DNA of 64,000 bases from Bugula neritina. Its lineage: Eukaryota > Animalia > Bryozoa. The stretch covers positions 7,320,773-7,384,772 of the forward strand of contig OZ037770.1 of the NCBI GenBank assembly GCA_964035545.1, written 5' to 3'. This document shows, piece by piece, positions 1-14,400 of this stretch (position 1 is the stretch's first letter; the number at the start of each line of letters is the position of its first letter). The notes below the pieces were generated by a model that was not told the DNA's origin, ran no database searches, and saw nothing but the letters and a program-made list of their open reading frames with translations. The translations under genes were made by a program, and so were the position numbers.

Positions 1-3000
1 ATGTTACAGTGTATTTCAGTATGTTGCAGTTTGTTGCAGTGTATTTCAGTATGTGACAGTGTATTTCAGTATGTTGCAGTGTGATTGGGTATGTTGCAGT
101 ATATTTTGGTATGTTGTCGTATGTTTCATTATTTTACAGGACATTTCTCTATATTACAGTATATTTCAGTCTGTTGCAGTGTATTTCAGTATGTTGCAGT
201 AAGTTGCAGTGTAATTCAGTATGTTACAGTGTATTTCAGTATGTTGTAGTATGTTTCAGCATGTTGCAGTACATTTCAGTATGTTGACGTATGTTTCAGT
301 ATGTTACAGTACATTTCTGTATATTACAGTATACTTCAGGGTATTTCAGTATGCTACAGCATATTTCAGTATGTTGCAGTATATTTCAATATGTTGCAGT
401 ATATTTCGGTATTTTGCCGAATGTTTCAGTATATTGCAGTATATTTCAATGTGTTGCAGTGTTATTCAATATGTTACAGTGTATTTCGGTATGTTGCGGT
501 CTATTTCAGTATGTTACAGCGTATTTCAGTGTGTTGCAGTATGTTGCAGTATTTTTCAGTATGTTACAGTATATTTTAGTATGTTCCAGTACATTTCCGT
601 ATATTAAACTATATTTCAGTGAGTTGAGGTGTATTTCAGTGTGCTAGAGCATATTTCAGTATGGTGCAGTGTTTTTCAATGTGTTACAGTATATTTCAGT
701 ATAAAACTGTATATTTAGGTATGTTGCTGTATATTCCAATGTGTTGCAGTGTATTTCAGTATGTTACAGTGTATTTCAGTATGTTGCAGCATGTTGCAGA
801 ATATTTCAGTATGTTGCAGTATATTTCAGTATGTTGCAGTATGTTTCAGTATGTTACAACATAATTCAGTATTTTGCCGTACATTTCAGTGTGTTACAGT
901 ATATTTCGGTATGTTACAGTATGTTTCGGTATGTTCCAGTATATTTCGGTATGTTTCAGTATGTTTCAGTATGTTTCAGTGTGTTGCAGTATATTTCACT
1001 GTGTTGCAGTGTATTTCAATATGTTACAGTGTATTTCAGTATGTTGCAGTGTGATTCAGTATGTTACAGTATATTTCAGTATGTTTTCGTATGTTTCAGT
1101 ATTTTACAGTACATTTCTGTATACTACAGTATACTTCAGTGTGTTGCAGTGTAATTCAGTATGTTACAGTGTGTTTCAGTATGTTGCAGCATTATTCACC
1201 ATGCTGCAGTACAGTTCAGTATGTTGACGTATGTTTCAGTAGGTTACAGTACATTTCTGTATACTACAATATACTTCAGTGTGTTACAGTGTATTTAGGT
1301 ATGTTGCAGTCTATTTCAGTATGTTACAGTGTCTTTCAGTATGTCGCAGTATGTTGCAGTATATTTCAGTATGTTACAGTGTATTTCGGTATGTTGCAGT
1401 ATGTTTTAGTAGTTTGCAACATAATTCAGTATGTTACCATAAATTTCGGTTTGTGGCAGTATATTTCAGTATGTTGCAGTACATTTCAGTATGTTGCCGT
1501 ATGTTTTGGTATGTTACAGTACGTTTCTGTATATTACAGTATACTTCAGTATGTTACAGTGTATTTCAGTATTTTGCAGTGTGATTCACTATGTTGCAGT
1601 ATATTTCAGTATGTTGTCGTATGTTTCAGAATTTTACAGTACATTTCTGTATATTTCAGCGAGTTGCAGTGTTTTTCAATGTGTTACAGTATATTTCAGT
1701 ATATTAACGTAAATTTAGGTATGTTGCAGTTTATTTCAATGTGTTGCAGTTTATTTCAGTATGTTACAGTTTATTTCAGTATGTTGCAGTATGTTGCAGT
1801 ATATTTCAGTAGGTTGAGGTATATTTCAGTATGTTGCAGTATGTTTCAGTGTGTTACAACATAATTCAGTATTTTGCCGTATATTTCATTGTGTTACAGT
1901 ATATTTCATTATGTTGCAGTATGTTTCGGTATGTTCCAGTATAATTCAGTATGTTTCTCAATGTTTTAGTACATTTCAGTATGTTACAGTACATGTCCGT
2001 ATATTACGATATACTTTGATATGTTGCAGTATATTTCAGTATGTTGCAGTATGTTTCGGTGTGTTGCAGTGTATTTTAATATGTTACAGTGTATTCAGTA
2101 TGTTGCAGTCTATTTCAGTTTGTTACAGTGTAGTTCAGTATGTTGCAGTATGTTGCAGTATGTTGCAGTATATTTAAGTACGTTACAGTATATTGCAGTA
2201 TGTTACAGTACGTTTCCGTATATTGCACTATATTTCAGTGAGTTGCAGTGTATTTCAGTGTGCTACAGCATACTTCAGTATGGTGCAGTGTTTTACACTA
2301 TGTTACAGTATGTTTCACTATATTACTGTATATTTAGGTATGTTACAGTTTATTATAATGTGTTGCAGTGTATTTCATTATGTTACAGTGTATTTCAGTA
2401 TGTTGCAACATGTTGCAGGATATTTCAGTATGTTACAGTGTATTTCAGTATGTTGCAGTATTATTCAGCACGCTGCAGTACATTTCAGTATGTTGACGTA
2501 TGTTTCAGTATGTTACAGTACATTTCTGTATACTGCAATATACTTCAGTGTGTTACAGTGTATTTAAGTATGTTGCAGTCTATTTCAGTATGTTACAGTG
2601 TATTTCAGTATGTCGCAGTATGTTGCAGTATATTTCAGTATGTTACGGTGTACTTCGGTATGTTGCAGTTTGTTGCAGTGTATTTCAGTATGTGACAGTG
2701 TATTTCAGTATGTTGCAGTGTTATTGGGTATGTTGCAGTATATTTCAGTATGTTGCCGTATGTTTCAGTATGTTACAGTACGTTTCTGTATATTACAGTA
2801 TACTTCAGTGTGTTGCAGTGTATTTCAGTATGTTGCAGTATGTTGCAGTGTAATTCAGTATGTTACAGTGTATTTCAGTATGTTGCAGTACATTTCAGCA
2901 TGCTGCAGTGCATATCAGTATGTTGACGTATGTTTCAGTATGTTACAGTACATTTCTGTATATTACAGTCTACTCCAGTGTGTTGCAGTGTATTTCAGTA

Positions 3001-6000
3001 TGCTACAGCATAATATTTCACTATGTTGCAGTATATTTCAATGTCTCGCAGTGTATTTCAGTATGTTTCAGTATGTTTCAGTGTGTTGCAGTATATTTCA
3101 ATGTGTTGCAGTGTTTTTCAATATGTTACAGTGTATTTCAGTATGTTGCAGTTTGTTGCAGTGTATTTCAGTATGTGACAGTGTATTTCAGTATGTTGCA
3201 GTGTGTTGTAGTATGTTGCAGGGTATTTCAGTATGTTACAGTGGATTTCGGTATGTTGCAGTATTTTGCAGTATATTTCAGTGTGTTGCAGTAAATTTCA
3301 GTATGTTGCTGAGTGTTTCAGTATGTTGCAGTATGTTTTAGTATGTTACAGTATATTTCAGTATGTTGCAGTGTAATTCAATATGTTACAGTATATCTCA
3401 GTAGTTTACCATGAATTCCGGTATGTCGCAGTATGGTTGAATGTGTTGCAGTGTATTTCAATATGTTACAGTGTAATTCCGTATGTTGCAGTATGTTGCA
3501 GTATGTTGCAGTATATTTCAGCATGTTAAAGTGTATCTCAGTATGTTGTAGTATGTTGCAGTGTATTTCAGTATGTTGCAGTGTATTCCAGTGTGCTACA
3601 CAATATTTCAGCATGTTGCAGTGTTTTTCAATGTGTTACAGTATATTTCAGTATATTACCGTAAATTTAGGTATGTTGCAGTTTATTCCAATGTGTCGCA
3701 GTTCTTTTCAGTATGTTACAGTGTATTTCAATATGTTGCAGTATGTTGCAGTGTAATTCAGTATGTTACAGTGTATTTCAGTATGTTGCAGTCTATTTCA
3801 GTATGTTACAGCGTATTTCAGTATGTTGCAGTATGTTTCAGTGTGTTGCAGTGTATTTCAATATGTTACAGTTTATTTCAGTGTGTTGCAGTCTATTTCA
3901 GTTTGTTACGGTGTAGTTCAGTATGTTGCAGTATGTTGCAATATGTTGCAGTATATTTAAGTATGTTACAGTATATTGCAGTATGTTACAGTACATTTCC
4001 GTATATTACACTATATTTCAGTGAGTTGCAGTGTAGTTCAGTGTGCTGCAGCATATTTCAGTATGGTGCAGTGTTTTTCAATATGTTACAGTATGTTTCA
4101 CTATATTACTGTATATTTAGGTATGTTGCAGTTTATTATAACGTGTTGCAGTGTATTTCAATATGTTACAGTGTAATTCAGTATGTTGCAGTATGTTGCA
4201 GGATATTTCAGTACGTTGCAGTATATTTCAGTATGTTGAAGTATGTTTCAGTGTGTTGCAGTATATTTCAATGTGTTGCAGTGTATTTCAATATGTTACA
4301 GTGTAATTCAGTATGTTGCAGTATGTTGCAGTGTGTTGCAGTATATTTCAATGTGTTTCAGTGTATTTCAGTATGTTACAGTGTATTTCAGTAAGTTGCA
4401 GTGTGATTCAGTATGTTGCAGTATATTTCACTATGTTGTCGTATGATTCAGTATTTTACAGTACATTTCTGTATATTTCTGCAAGTTGCAGTGTATTTCA
4501 GTTTGCTACACAATATTTCAGTATGTTGCAGTGTTTTTCAATGTGTTACAGTATATTTCAGTATATTACCGTAAACTTAGGTATGTTGCAGTTTATTCCA
4601 TTGTGTTGCAGTTCATTTCAGTATGTTACAGTGTATTTCAGTATGTGACAGTATGTTGCAGTATATTTCAGTAGGTTGAAGTATATTTCAGTATGTTGCA
4701 GTATGTTTCAGTATGTTACAACATAATTCAGTATTTTGCCGTATATTTCAGTGTGTTGCAGTATATTTCATTATGTTGCAGTATGTTTCGGTATGTTCCA
4801 GTATAATTCAGTATGTTTCTCAATGTTTCAGTATATTTCAGTATGTTACAGTACATGTCCGTATATTACGATATACTTCGATGTGTTGCAGTATATTTCA
4901 TTATTTTGCAGTATGCTTCAGTGTGTTGCAGTGTATTTCAATATGTTACAGTTTATTTCAGTGTGTTGCAGTCTATTTCAGTTTGTTACGGTGTAGTTCA
5001 GTATGTTGCAGTATGTTGCAATATGTTGCAGTATATTTATGTATGTTACAGTATATTGCAGTATGTTACAGTACATTTCCGTATATTACACTATATTTCA
5101 GTGAGTTGCAGTGTAGTTCAGTGTGCTGCAGCATATTTCAGTATGGTGCAGTGTTTTTCAATATGTTACAGTATGTTTCACTATTATACTGTATATTTAG
5201 GTATGTTGCAGTTTATTATAATGTGTTGCGGTGTATTTCATTATGTTACAGTGTATTTCAGTATGTTGCAGTATGTTGCAGGATATTTCAGTACGTTGCA
5301 GTATATTTCAGTATGTTGAAGTATGTTTCAGTGTGTTGCAGTATATTTCAATGTGTTGCAGTGTATTTCAATATGTTACAGTGTAATTCAGTATGTTGCA
5401 GTATGTTGCAGTATGTTGCAGTGTACTTCAGTATGTTACAGTGGATTTCGGTATGTTGCAGTATTTTGCAGTACATTTCAGTGTGTTGCAGTACATTTCA
5501 GTATGTTGCCGAGTGTTTCAGTATGTTGCAGTATGTTTTAGTATGTTACAGTATATTTCAGTATGTTGCAGTGTAATTCAGTATGTTACAGTATATTTCA
5601 GTAGTTTATCATAAATTCCGGTATGTTGCAGTATAATTTAATATGTTGCAGTGTATTTCAATATGTTTCAGTGTATTTTAGTATATTTCAGTATGTTGCT
5701 GTGTAATTATGCATGTTGCAGTACATTTCAGTATGTTGACGTATGTTTCAGTATGTTACAGTACATTTCTGTATATTACAGTCTACTCCAGTGTGTTGCA
5801 GTGTATTTCAGTATGCTACAGCATAATATTTCACTATGTTGCAGTATATTTCAATGTCTCGCAGTATATTTCAATGTGTTGCAGCGTTTTTCAATATGTT
5901 ACAGTGTATGTCAGTATGTTGCAGTATGTTGCAGTGTATTTCAGTATGTGACAGTGTATTTCAGTATGTTGCAGTGTGATTGGGTATGTTGCAGTATATT

Positions 6001-7060
6001 TCAGTATGTTGTCGTATGTTTCAGTATTTTACAGTACATTTCTGTATATTACAGTATATTTCAGTCTGTTGCAGTGCATTTCAGCATGTTGCAGTATGTT
6101 GCAGTGTAATTCAGTATGTTACAGTGTATTTCAGTATGTTGTAGTATATTTCATCACGTTGCAGTACATTTCAGTATGTTGACGTATGTTTCTGTATGTT
6201 ACAGTACATTTCTGTATATTACAGTATACTTCAGTGTATTTCAGTATGCTACAGCATATTTCAGTATGTTGCAGTATATTTCAGTAGGTTGAAGTATATT
6301 TCAGTATGTTGCAGTATGTTCCAGTATAATTCAGTATGTTTCCCAATGTTTCAGTATATTTCAGTATGTTACAGTACATGTCCGTATATTACGATATACT
6401 TCGATATGTTGCAGTATGTTTCAGTATTTTGCAGTATGTTTCAGTGTGTTGCAGCCTATTTCAATATGTTACAGTTTATTTCAGTATGTTGCAGTCTATT
6501 TCAGTTTGTTACAGTGTAGTTCAGTATGTTGCAGTATGTTGCAGTATGTTGCAGTATATTTAAGTATGTTACAGTATATTGCAGTATGTTACAGTACATT
6601 TCCGTATATTACACTATATTTCAGTGAGTTGCAGTGTATTTCAGTGTGCTGCAGCATATTTCAGTATGGTGCAGTGTTTTTCAATATGTTACAAGATGTT
6701 TCACTATATTACTGTATATTTAGGTATGTTGCAGTTTATTAAAATGTGTTGCAGTGTATTTCATTATGTTACAGTGTATTTCAGTATGTTGCAGTATATT
6801 TCAGTATGTTGAAGTATGTTTCAATGTGTTGCAGTGTATTTTAATATGTTACAGTGTAATTCAGTATGTTGCAGTATGTTGCAGTATGTTGCAGTGTATT
6901 TCAGTATGTTACAGTGGATTTCGGTATGTTGCAGTATGTTGCAGGATATTTCAGCGTGTTGCAGTATATTTTAATGTGTTGCAGTGTAATTCAATATGTT
7001 ACAGTGTAATTCAGTATGTTGCAGTATGTTGCAGTATGTTGCAGTATGTTGCAGTGTATT

Positions 7061-10000
7061 TCATTATGTTACAGTGTATTTCAGTATGTTGCAATATGTT
7101 GCAGGATATTTCAGTGTGTTGCAGTATATTTTAATGTGTTGCAGTGTAATTCAATATGTTACAGTGTAATTCAGTATGTTGCAGTATGTTGCAGAATGAT
7201 GCAGTGTATTTCAGTATGTTACAGTGGATTTCGGTAGGTTGCAGTATTTTGCAGTATATTTCAGTGTGTTGCAGTATATTTCAGTATGTTGCCGAGTGTT
7301 TCCGTATGTTGCAGTATGTTGCAGTATGTTACAGTATATTTCAGTATGTTGCAGTGTAATTCAGTATGTTACGGTATATTTCAGTAGTTTACCATAAATT
7401 CCGGTATGTTGCAGTATAATTGAATGTGTTGCAGTGTATTTCAATATGTTACAGTGTATTTCAGTATATTTCGGTATGTTGCTGTGTAATTCAGTATGTT
7501 GCAGTATATTTCACTATGTTGTCGTATGATTCAGTATTTTACAGTACATTTCTGTATATTTCTGCAAGTTGCAGTGTATTTCAGTGTGCTACACAATATT
7601 TCAGTATGTTGCAGTGTTTTTCAATGTGTTACAGTATATTTCAGTATATTACCGTAAACTTAGGTATGTTGCAGTTTATTCCATTGTGTTGCAGTTCATT
7701 TCAGTATGTTACAGTGTATTTCAGTATGTGACAGTATGTTGCAGTATATTTCAGTAGGTTGAAGTATATTTCAGTATGTTGCAGTATGTTTCAGTATGTT
7801 ACAACATAATTCAGTATTTTGCCGTATATTTCAGTGTGTTGCAGTATATTTCATTATGTTGCAGTATGTTTCGGTATGTTCCAGTATAATTCAGTATGTT
7901 TCTCAATGTTTCAGTATATTTCAGTATGTTACAGTACATGTCCGTATATTACGACATACTTCGATATGTTGCAGTATATTTCAGTATGTTGCAGTATGCT
8001 GCAGTGTAATTATGCATGTTGCAGTACATTTCAGTATGTTGACGTATGTTTCAGTATGTTACAGTACATTTCTGTATATAACAGTCTACTCCAGTGTGTT
8101 GCAGTGTATTTCAGTATGCTACAGCATAATATTTCACTTTGTTGCAGTATATTTCAATGTCTCGCAGTATATTTCAGTATGGTTCAGTATGTTTCAGTGT
8201 GTTGCAGTATATTTCAATGTGTTGCAGTGTTTTTCAATATGTTGCAGTGTATTTCAGTATGTGACAGTGTATTTCAGTATGTTGAGTGTTATTTGGTATG
8301 TTGCAGTATATTTCAGTATGTTGTCGTATGTTTCAGTATTTTACAGTACATTTCTGTATATTACAGTATACTTCAGTGTATTTCAGTATGCTACAGCATA
8401 CTTCAGTATGTTGCAGTATATTTCAGTAGGTTGAAGTATATTTCAGTATGTTGCAGTATGTTTCAGTATGTTACAACATAATTCAGTATTTTGCCGTATA
8501 TTTCAGTGTGTTACAGTATATTTCATTATGTTGCAGTATGTTTCGGTATGTTCCAGTATAATTCAGTATGTTTCTCAATGTTTCAGTATTATTTCAGTAT
8601 GTTACAGTACATGTCCGTATATTACGATATACTTCGATATGTTACAGTGTAATTCAGTATATTTCGGTATGTTGCTGTGTAATTCAGTATGTTGCAGTAT
8701 ATTTCAGTAGGTTGTCGTATGTTTCAGCATTTTACAGTACATTTCTGTATATTACAGTATAATTGAATGTGTTGCAATGTATTTCAATATGTTACAGTGT
8801 ATTTCAGTATGTTGCAGTATGCTGCAGTGTAATTATGCATGTTGCAGTACATTTCAGTATGTTGACGTATGTTTCAGTATGTTACAGTACATTTCTGTAT
8901 ATTACAGTCTACTCCAGTGTGTTGCAGTGTATTTCAGTATGCTACAACATAATATTTCACTATGTTGCAGTATATTTCAATGTCTCGCAGTATATTTCAG
9001 TATGTTTCAGTATGTTTCAGTGTGTTGCAGTATATTTCAATGTGTTGCAGTGTTTTTCAATATGTTACAGTGTATTTCAGTATGTTGCAGTGTATTTCAG
9101 TATGTGACAGTGTATTTCAGTATGTTGAGTGTTATTGGGTATGTTGCAGTATATTTCAGTATGTTGTCGTATGTTTCAGTATTTTACAGTACATTTCTGT
9201 ATATTACAGTATCTTTCAGTCTGTTGCAGTGTATTTCAGTATGTTGCAGTATGTTGCAGTGTTTTTCAATGTGTTACAGTATATTTCAGTATATTACCGT
9301 AAACTTAGGTATGTTGCAGTTTATTCCAATGTGTTGCAGTTCATTTCAGTATGTTACAGTGTATTTCAATATGTGACAGTTTGTTGCAGTTTACTTCAGT
9401 AGGTTGAAGTATATTTCAGTATGTTGCAGTATGTTTCAGTATGTTACAACATAATTCAGTATTTTGCCGTATATTTCAGTGTGTTACAGTATATTTCATT
9501 ATGTTGCAGTATGTTTCGGTATGTTCCAGTATAATTCAGTATGTTTCTCAATGTTTCAGTATATTTCAGTATGTTACAGTACATGTCCGTATATTACGAT
9601 ATACTTCGATGTGTTGCCGTATATTTCATTATTTTGCAGTATGCTTCAGTGTGTTGCAGTGTATTTCAATATGTTACAGTTTCTTTCAGTGTGTTGCAGT
9701 CTATTTCAGTTTGTTACGGTGTAGTTCAGTATGTTGCAGTATGTTGCAATATGTTGCAGTATATTTAAGTATGTTACAGTATATTGCAGTATGTTACAGT
9801 ACATTTCCGGATATTACACTATATTTCAGTGAGTTGCAGTGTATTTCAGTGTCCTGCAGCATATTTCAGTATGGTGCAGTGTTTTTCAATATGTTACAGT
9901 ATGTTTCACTATATTACGGTATGTTTAGGTATGTTGCAGTTTATTATAATGTGTTGCAGTGTATTTCATTATGTTACAGTGTATTTCAGTATGTTGCAGC

Positions 10001-13000
10001 ATGTTGCAGGATATTTCAGTATGTTACAGTATATTTCAGTATGTTGAAGTATGTTTCAGTGTGTTGCAGTATATTTCAATGTGTTGCAGTGTAATTCAAT
10101 ATGTTACAGTGTAGTTCAGTATGTTGCAGTATGTTACAGTATGTTGCAGTGTATTTCAGTATGTTACAGTGGATTTCGGTAGGTTGCAGTATTTTGCAGT
10201 ATATTTCAGTGTGTTGCAGTATATTTCAGTATGTTGCCGAGTGTTTCAGTATGTTGCAGTATGTTTTAGTATGTTACAGTATATTTCAGTATGTTGCAGT
10301 GTAATTCAGTATGTTACAGTATATTTCAGTAGTTTATCATAAATTCCGGTATGTTGCAGTATAATTTAATATGTTGCAGTGTATTTCAATATATTACAGT
10401 GTATTTCAGTATATTTCAGTATGTTGCTGTGTAATTATGCATGTTGCAGTACATTTCAGTATGTTGACGTATGTTTCAGTATGTTACAGTACATTTCTGT
10501 ATATTACAGTCTACTCAAGTGTGTTGCAGTGTATTTCAGTATGCTACAGCATAATATTTCACTATGTTGCAGTATATTTCAATGTCTCGCAGTATATTTC
10601 AATGCGTTGCAGTGTTTTTCAATATGTTACAGTGTATGTCAGTATGTTGCAGTATGTTGCAGTGTATTTCAGTATGTGACAGTGTATTTCAGTATGTTGC
10701 AGTGTGAATGGGTATGTTGCAGTATATTTCAGTATGTTGACGTATGTTTCTGTATGTTACAGTACATTTCTGTATATTACAGTATACTTCAGTGTATTTC
10801 AGTATGCTACAGCATATTTCAGTATGTTGCAGTATATTTCAGTAGGTTGAAGTATATTTCAGTATGTTGCAGTATGTTTCAGTATGTTACAACATAATTC
10901 AGTATTTTGCCGTATATTTCAGTGTGTTACAGTATATTTCATTATGTTGCAGTATGTTTCGGTATGTTCCAGTATAATTCAGTATGTTTCTCAATGTTTC
11001 AGTATTATTTCAGTATGTTACAGTACATGTCCGTATATTACGATATACTTCGATATGTTGCAGTATATTTCAGTATTTTGCAGTATGTTTCAGTGTGTTG
11101 CAGTGTATTTCAGTTTGTTACAGTGTAGTTCAGTATGTTGCAGTATGTTGCAGTATGTTGCAGTATATTTAAGTATGTTACAGTATATTGCAGTATGTTA
11201 CAGTACATTTCCGGATATTACACTATATTTCAGTGAGTTGCAGTGTATTTCAGTGTCCTGCAGCATATTTCAGTACGGTGCAGTGTTTTTCAATATGTTA
11301 CAGTATGTTTCACTATATTACTGTATGTTTAGGTATGTTGCAGTTTATTATAATGTGTTGCAGTGTATTTCATTATGTTACAGTGTATTTCAGTATGTTG
11401 CAATATGTTGCAGGATATTTCAGTGTGTTGCAGTATATTTTAATGTGTTGCAGTGTAATTCAATATGTTACAGTGTAATTCAGTATGTTGCAGTATGTTG
11501 CAGAATGTTGCAGTGTATTTCAGTATGTTACAGTGGATTTCGGTAGGTTGCAGTATTTTGCAGTATATTTCAGTGTGTTGCAGTATATTTCAGTATGTTG
11601 CCGAGTGTTTCCGTATGTTGCAGTATGTTGCAGTATGTTACAGTATATTTCAGTATGTTGCAGTGTAATTCAGTATGTTACGGTATATTTCAGTAGTTTA
11701 CCATAAATTCCGGTATGTTGCAGTATAATTGAATGTGTTGCAGTGTATTTCAATATGTTACAGTGTATTTCAGTATATTTCGGTATGTTGCTGTGTAATT
11801 CAGTATGTTGCAGTATATTTCACTATGTTGTCGTATGATTCAGTATTTTACAGTACATTTCTGTATATTTCTGCAAGTTGCAGTGTATTTCAGTGTGCTA
11901 CACAATATTTCAGTATGTTGGTGTGTTTTTCAATGTGTTACAGTATATTTCAGTATATTACCGTAAACTTAGGTATGTTGCAGTTTATTCCATTGTGTTG
12001 CAGTTCATTTCAGTATGTTACAGTGTATTTCAGTATGTGACAGTATGTTGCAGTATATTTCAGTAGGTTGAAGTATATTTCAGTATGTTGCAGTATGTTT
12101 CAGTATGTTACAACATAATTCAGTATTTTGCCGTATATTTCAGTGTGTTGCAGTATATTTCATTATGTTGCAGTATGTTTCGGTATGTTCCAGTATAATT
12201 CAGTATGTTTCTCAATGTTTCAGTATATTTCAGTATGTTACAGTACATGTCCGTATATTACGATATACTTCGATATGTTGCAGTATATTTCAGTATGTTG
12301 CAGTATGCTGCAGTGTAATTATGCATGTTGCAGTACATTTCAGCATGTTGACGTATGTTTCAGTATGTTACAGTACATTTCTGTATATAACAGTCTACTC
12401 CAGTGTGTTGCAGTGTATTTCAGTATGCTACAGCATAATATTTCACTTTGTTGCAGTATATTTCAATGTCTCGCAGTATATTTCAGTATGGTTCAGTATG
12501 TTTCAGTGTGTTGCAGTATATTTCAATGTGTTGCAGTGTTTTTCAATATGTTGCAGTGTATTTCAGTATGTGACAGTGTATTTCAGTATGTTGAGTGTTA
12601 TTTGGTATGTTGCAGTATATTTCAGTATGTTGTCGTATGTTTCAGTATTTTACAGTACATTTCTGTATATTACAGTATACTTCAGTGTATTTCAGTATGC
12701 TACAGCATATTTCAGTATGTTGCAGTATATTTCAGTAGGTTGAAGTATATTTCAGTATGTTGCAGTATGTTTCAGTATGTTACAACATAATTCAGTATTT
12801 TGCCGTATATTTCAGTGTGTTACAGTATATTTCATTATGTTGCAGTATGTTTCGGTATGTTCCAGTATAATTCAGTATGTTTCTCAATGTTTCAGTATTA
12901 TTTCAGTATGTTACAGTACATGTCCGTATATTACGATATACTTCGATATGTTACAGTGTATTTCAGTATATTTCGGTATGTTGCTGTGTAATTCAGTATG

Positions 13001-14400
13001 TTGCAGTATATTTCAGTAGGTTGTCGTATGTTTCAGCATTTTACAGTACATTTCTGTATATTACAGTATAATTGATTGTGTTGCAATGTATTTCAATATT
13101 TTACAGTGTATTTCAGTATGTTGCAGTATGCTGCAGTGTAATTATGCATGTTGCAGTACATTTCAGTATGTTGACGTATGTTTCAGTATGTTACAGTACA
13201 TTTCTGTATATTACAGTCTACTCCAGTGTGTTGCAGTGTATTTCAGTATGCTACAACATAATATTTCACTATGTTGCAGTATATTTCAATGTCTCGCAGT
13301 ATATTTCAGTATGTTTCAGTATGTTTCAGTGTGTTGCAGTATATTTCAATGTGTTGCAGTGTTTTTCAATATGTTACAGTGTATTTCAGTATGTTGCAGT
13401 ATGTTGCAGTGTATTTCAGTATGTGACAGTGTAATTCAGTATGTTGAGTGTTATTGGGTATGTTGCAGTATATTTCAGTATGTTGTCGTATGTTTCAGTA
13501 TTTTACAGTACATTTCTGTATATTACAGTATCTTTCAGTCTGTTGCAGTGTATTTCAGTATGTTGCAGTATGTTGCAGTGTTTTTCAATGTGTTACAGTA
13601 TATTTCAGTATATTACCGTAAACTTAGGTATGTTGCAGTTTATTCCAATGTGTTGCAGTTCATTTCAGTATGTTACAGTGTATTTCAATATGTGACAGTT
13701 TGTTGCAGTTTATTTCAGTAGGTTGAAGTATATTTCAGTATGTTGCAGTATGTTTCAGTATGTTACAACATAATTCAGTATTTTGCCGTATATTTCAGTG
13801 TGTTACAGTATATTTCATTATGTTGCAGTATGTTTCGGTATGTTCCAGTATAATTCAGTATGTTTCTCAATGTTTCAGTATATTTCAGTATGTTACAGTA
13901 CATGTCCGTATATTACGATATACTTCGATGTGATGCAGTATATTTCATTATTTTGCAGTATGCTTCAGTGTGTTGCAGTGTATTTCAATATGTTACAGTT
14001 TATTTCAGTGTGTTGCAGTCTATTTCAGGTTGTTACGGTGTAGTTCAGTATGTTGCAGTATGTTGCAATATGTTGCAGTATATTTAAGTATGTTACAGTA
14101 TATTGCAGTATGTTACAGTACATTTCCGTATATTACACTATATTTCAGTGAGTTGCAGTGTAGTTCAGTGTGCTGCAGCATATTTCAGTATGGTGCAGTG
14201 TTTTTCAATATGTTACAGTATGTTTCACTATTATACTGTATATTTAGGTATGTTTCAGTTTATTATAATGTGTTGCGGTGTATTTCATTATGTTACAGTG
14301 TATTTCAGTACGTTGCAGTATGTTGCAGGATATTTCAGTACATTGCAGTATATTTCAGTATGTTGAAGTATGTTTCAGTGTGTTGCAGTATATTTCAATG
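7061..14400 (+). repeat. ~4.31-kb-offset duplication inside SatA (approx. 7061-10100 repeated at 11370-14400)
   Basis: Near-identical ORF-track entries recur at offset 4309 (7156/11465, 7420/11729, 7796/12105, 8468/12777, 8777/13086) and then 4319 (9464/13783, 9784/14103). Rare variants such as 'tttcactttgttg' and 'gagtgttatttgg' are shared. Outer boundaries are approximate. Confidence 0.85.
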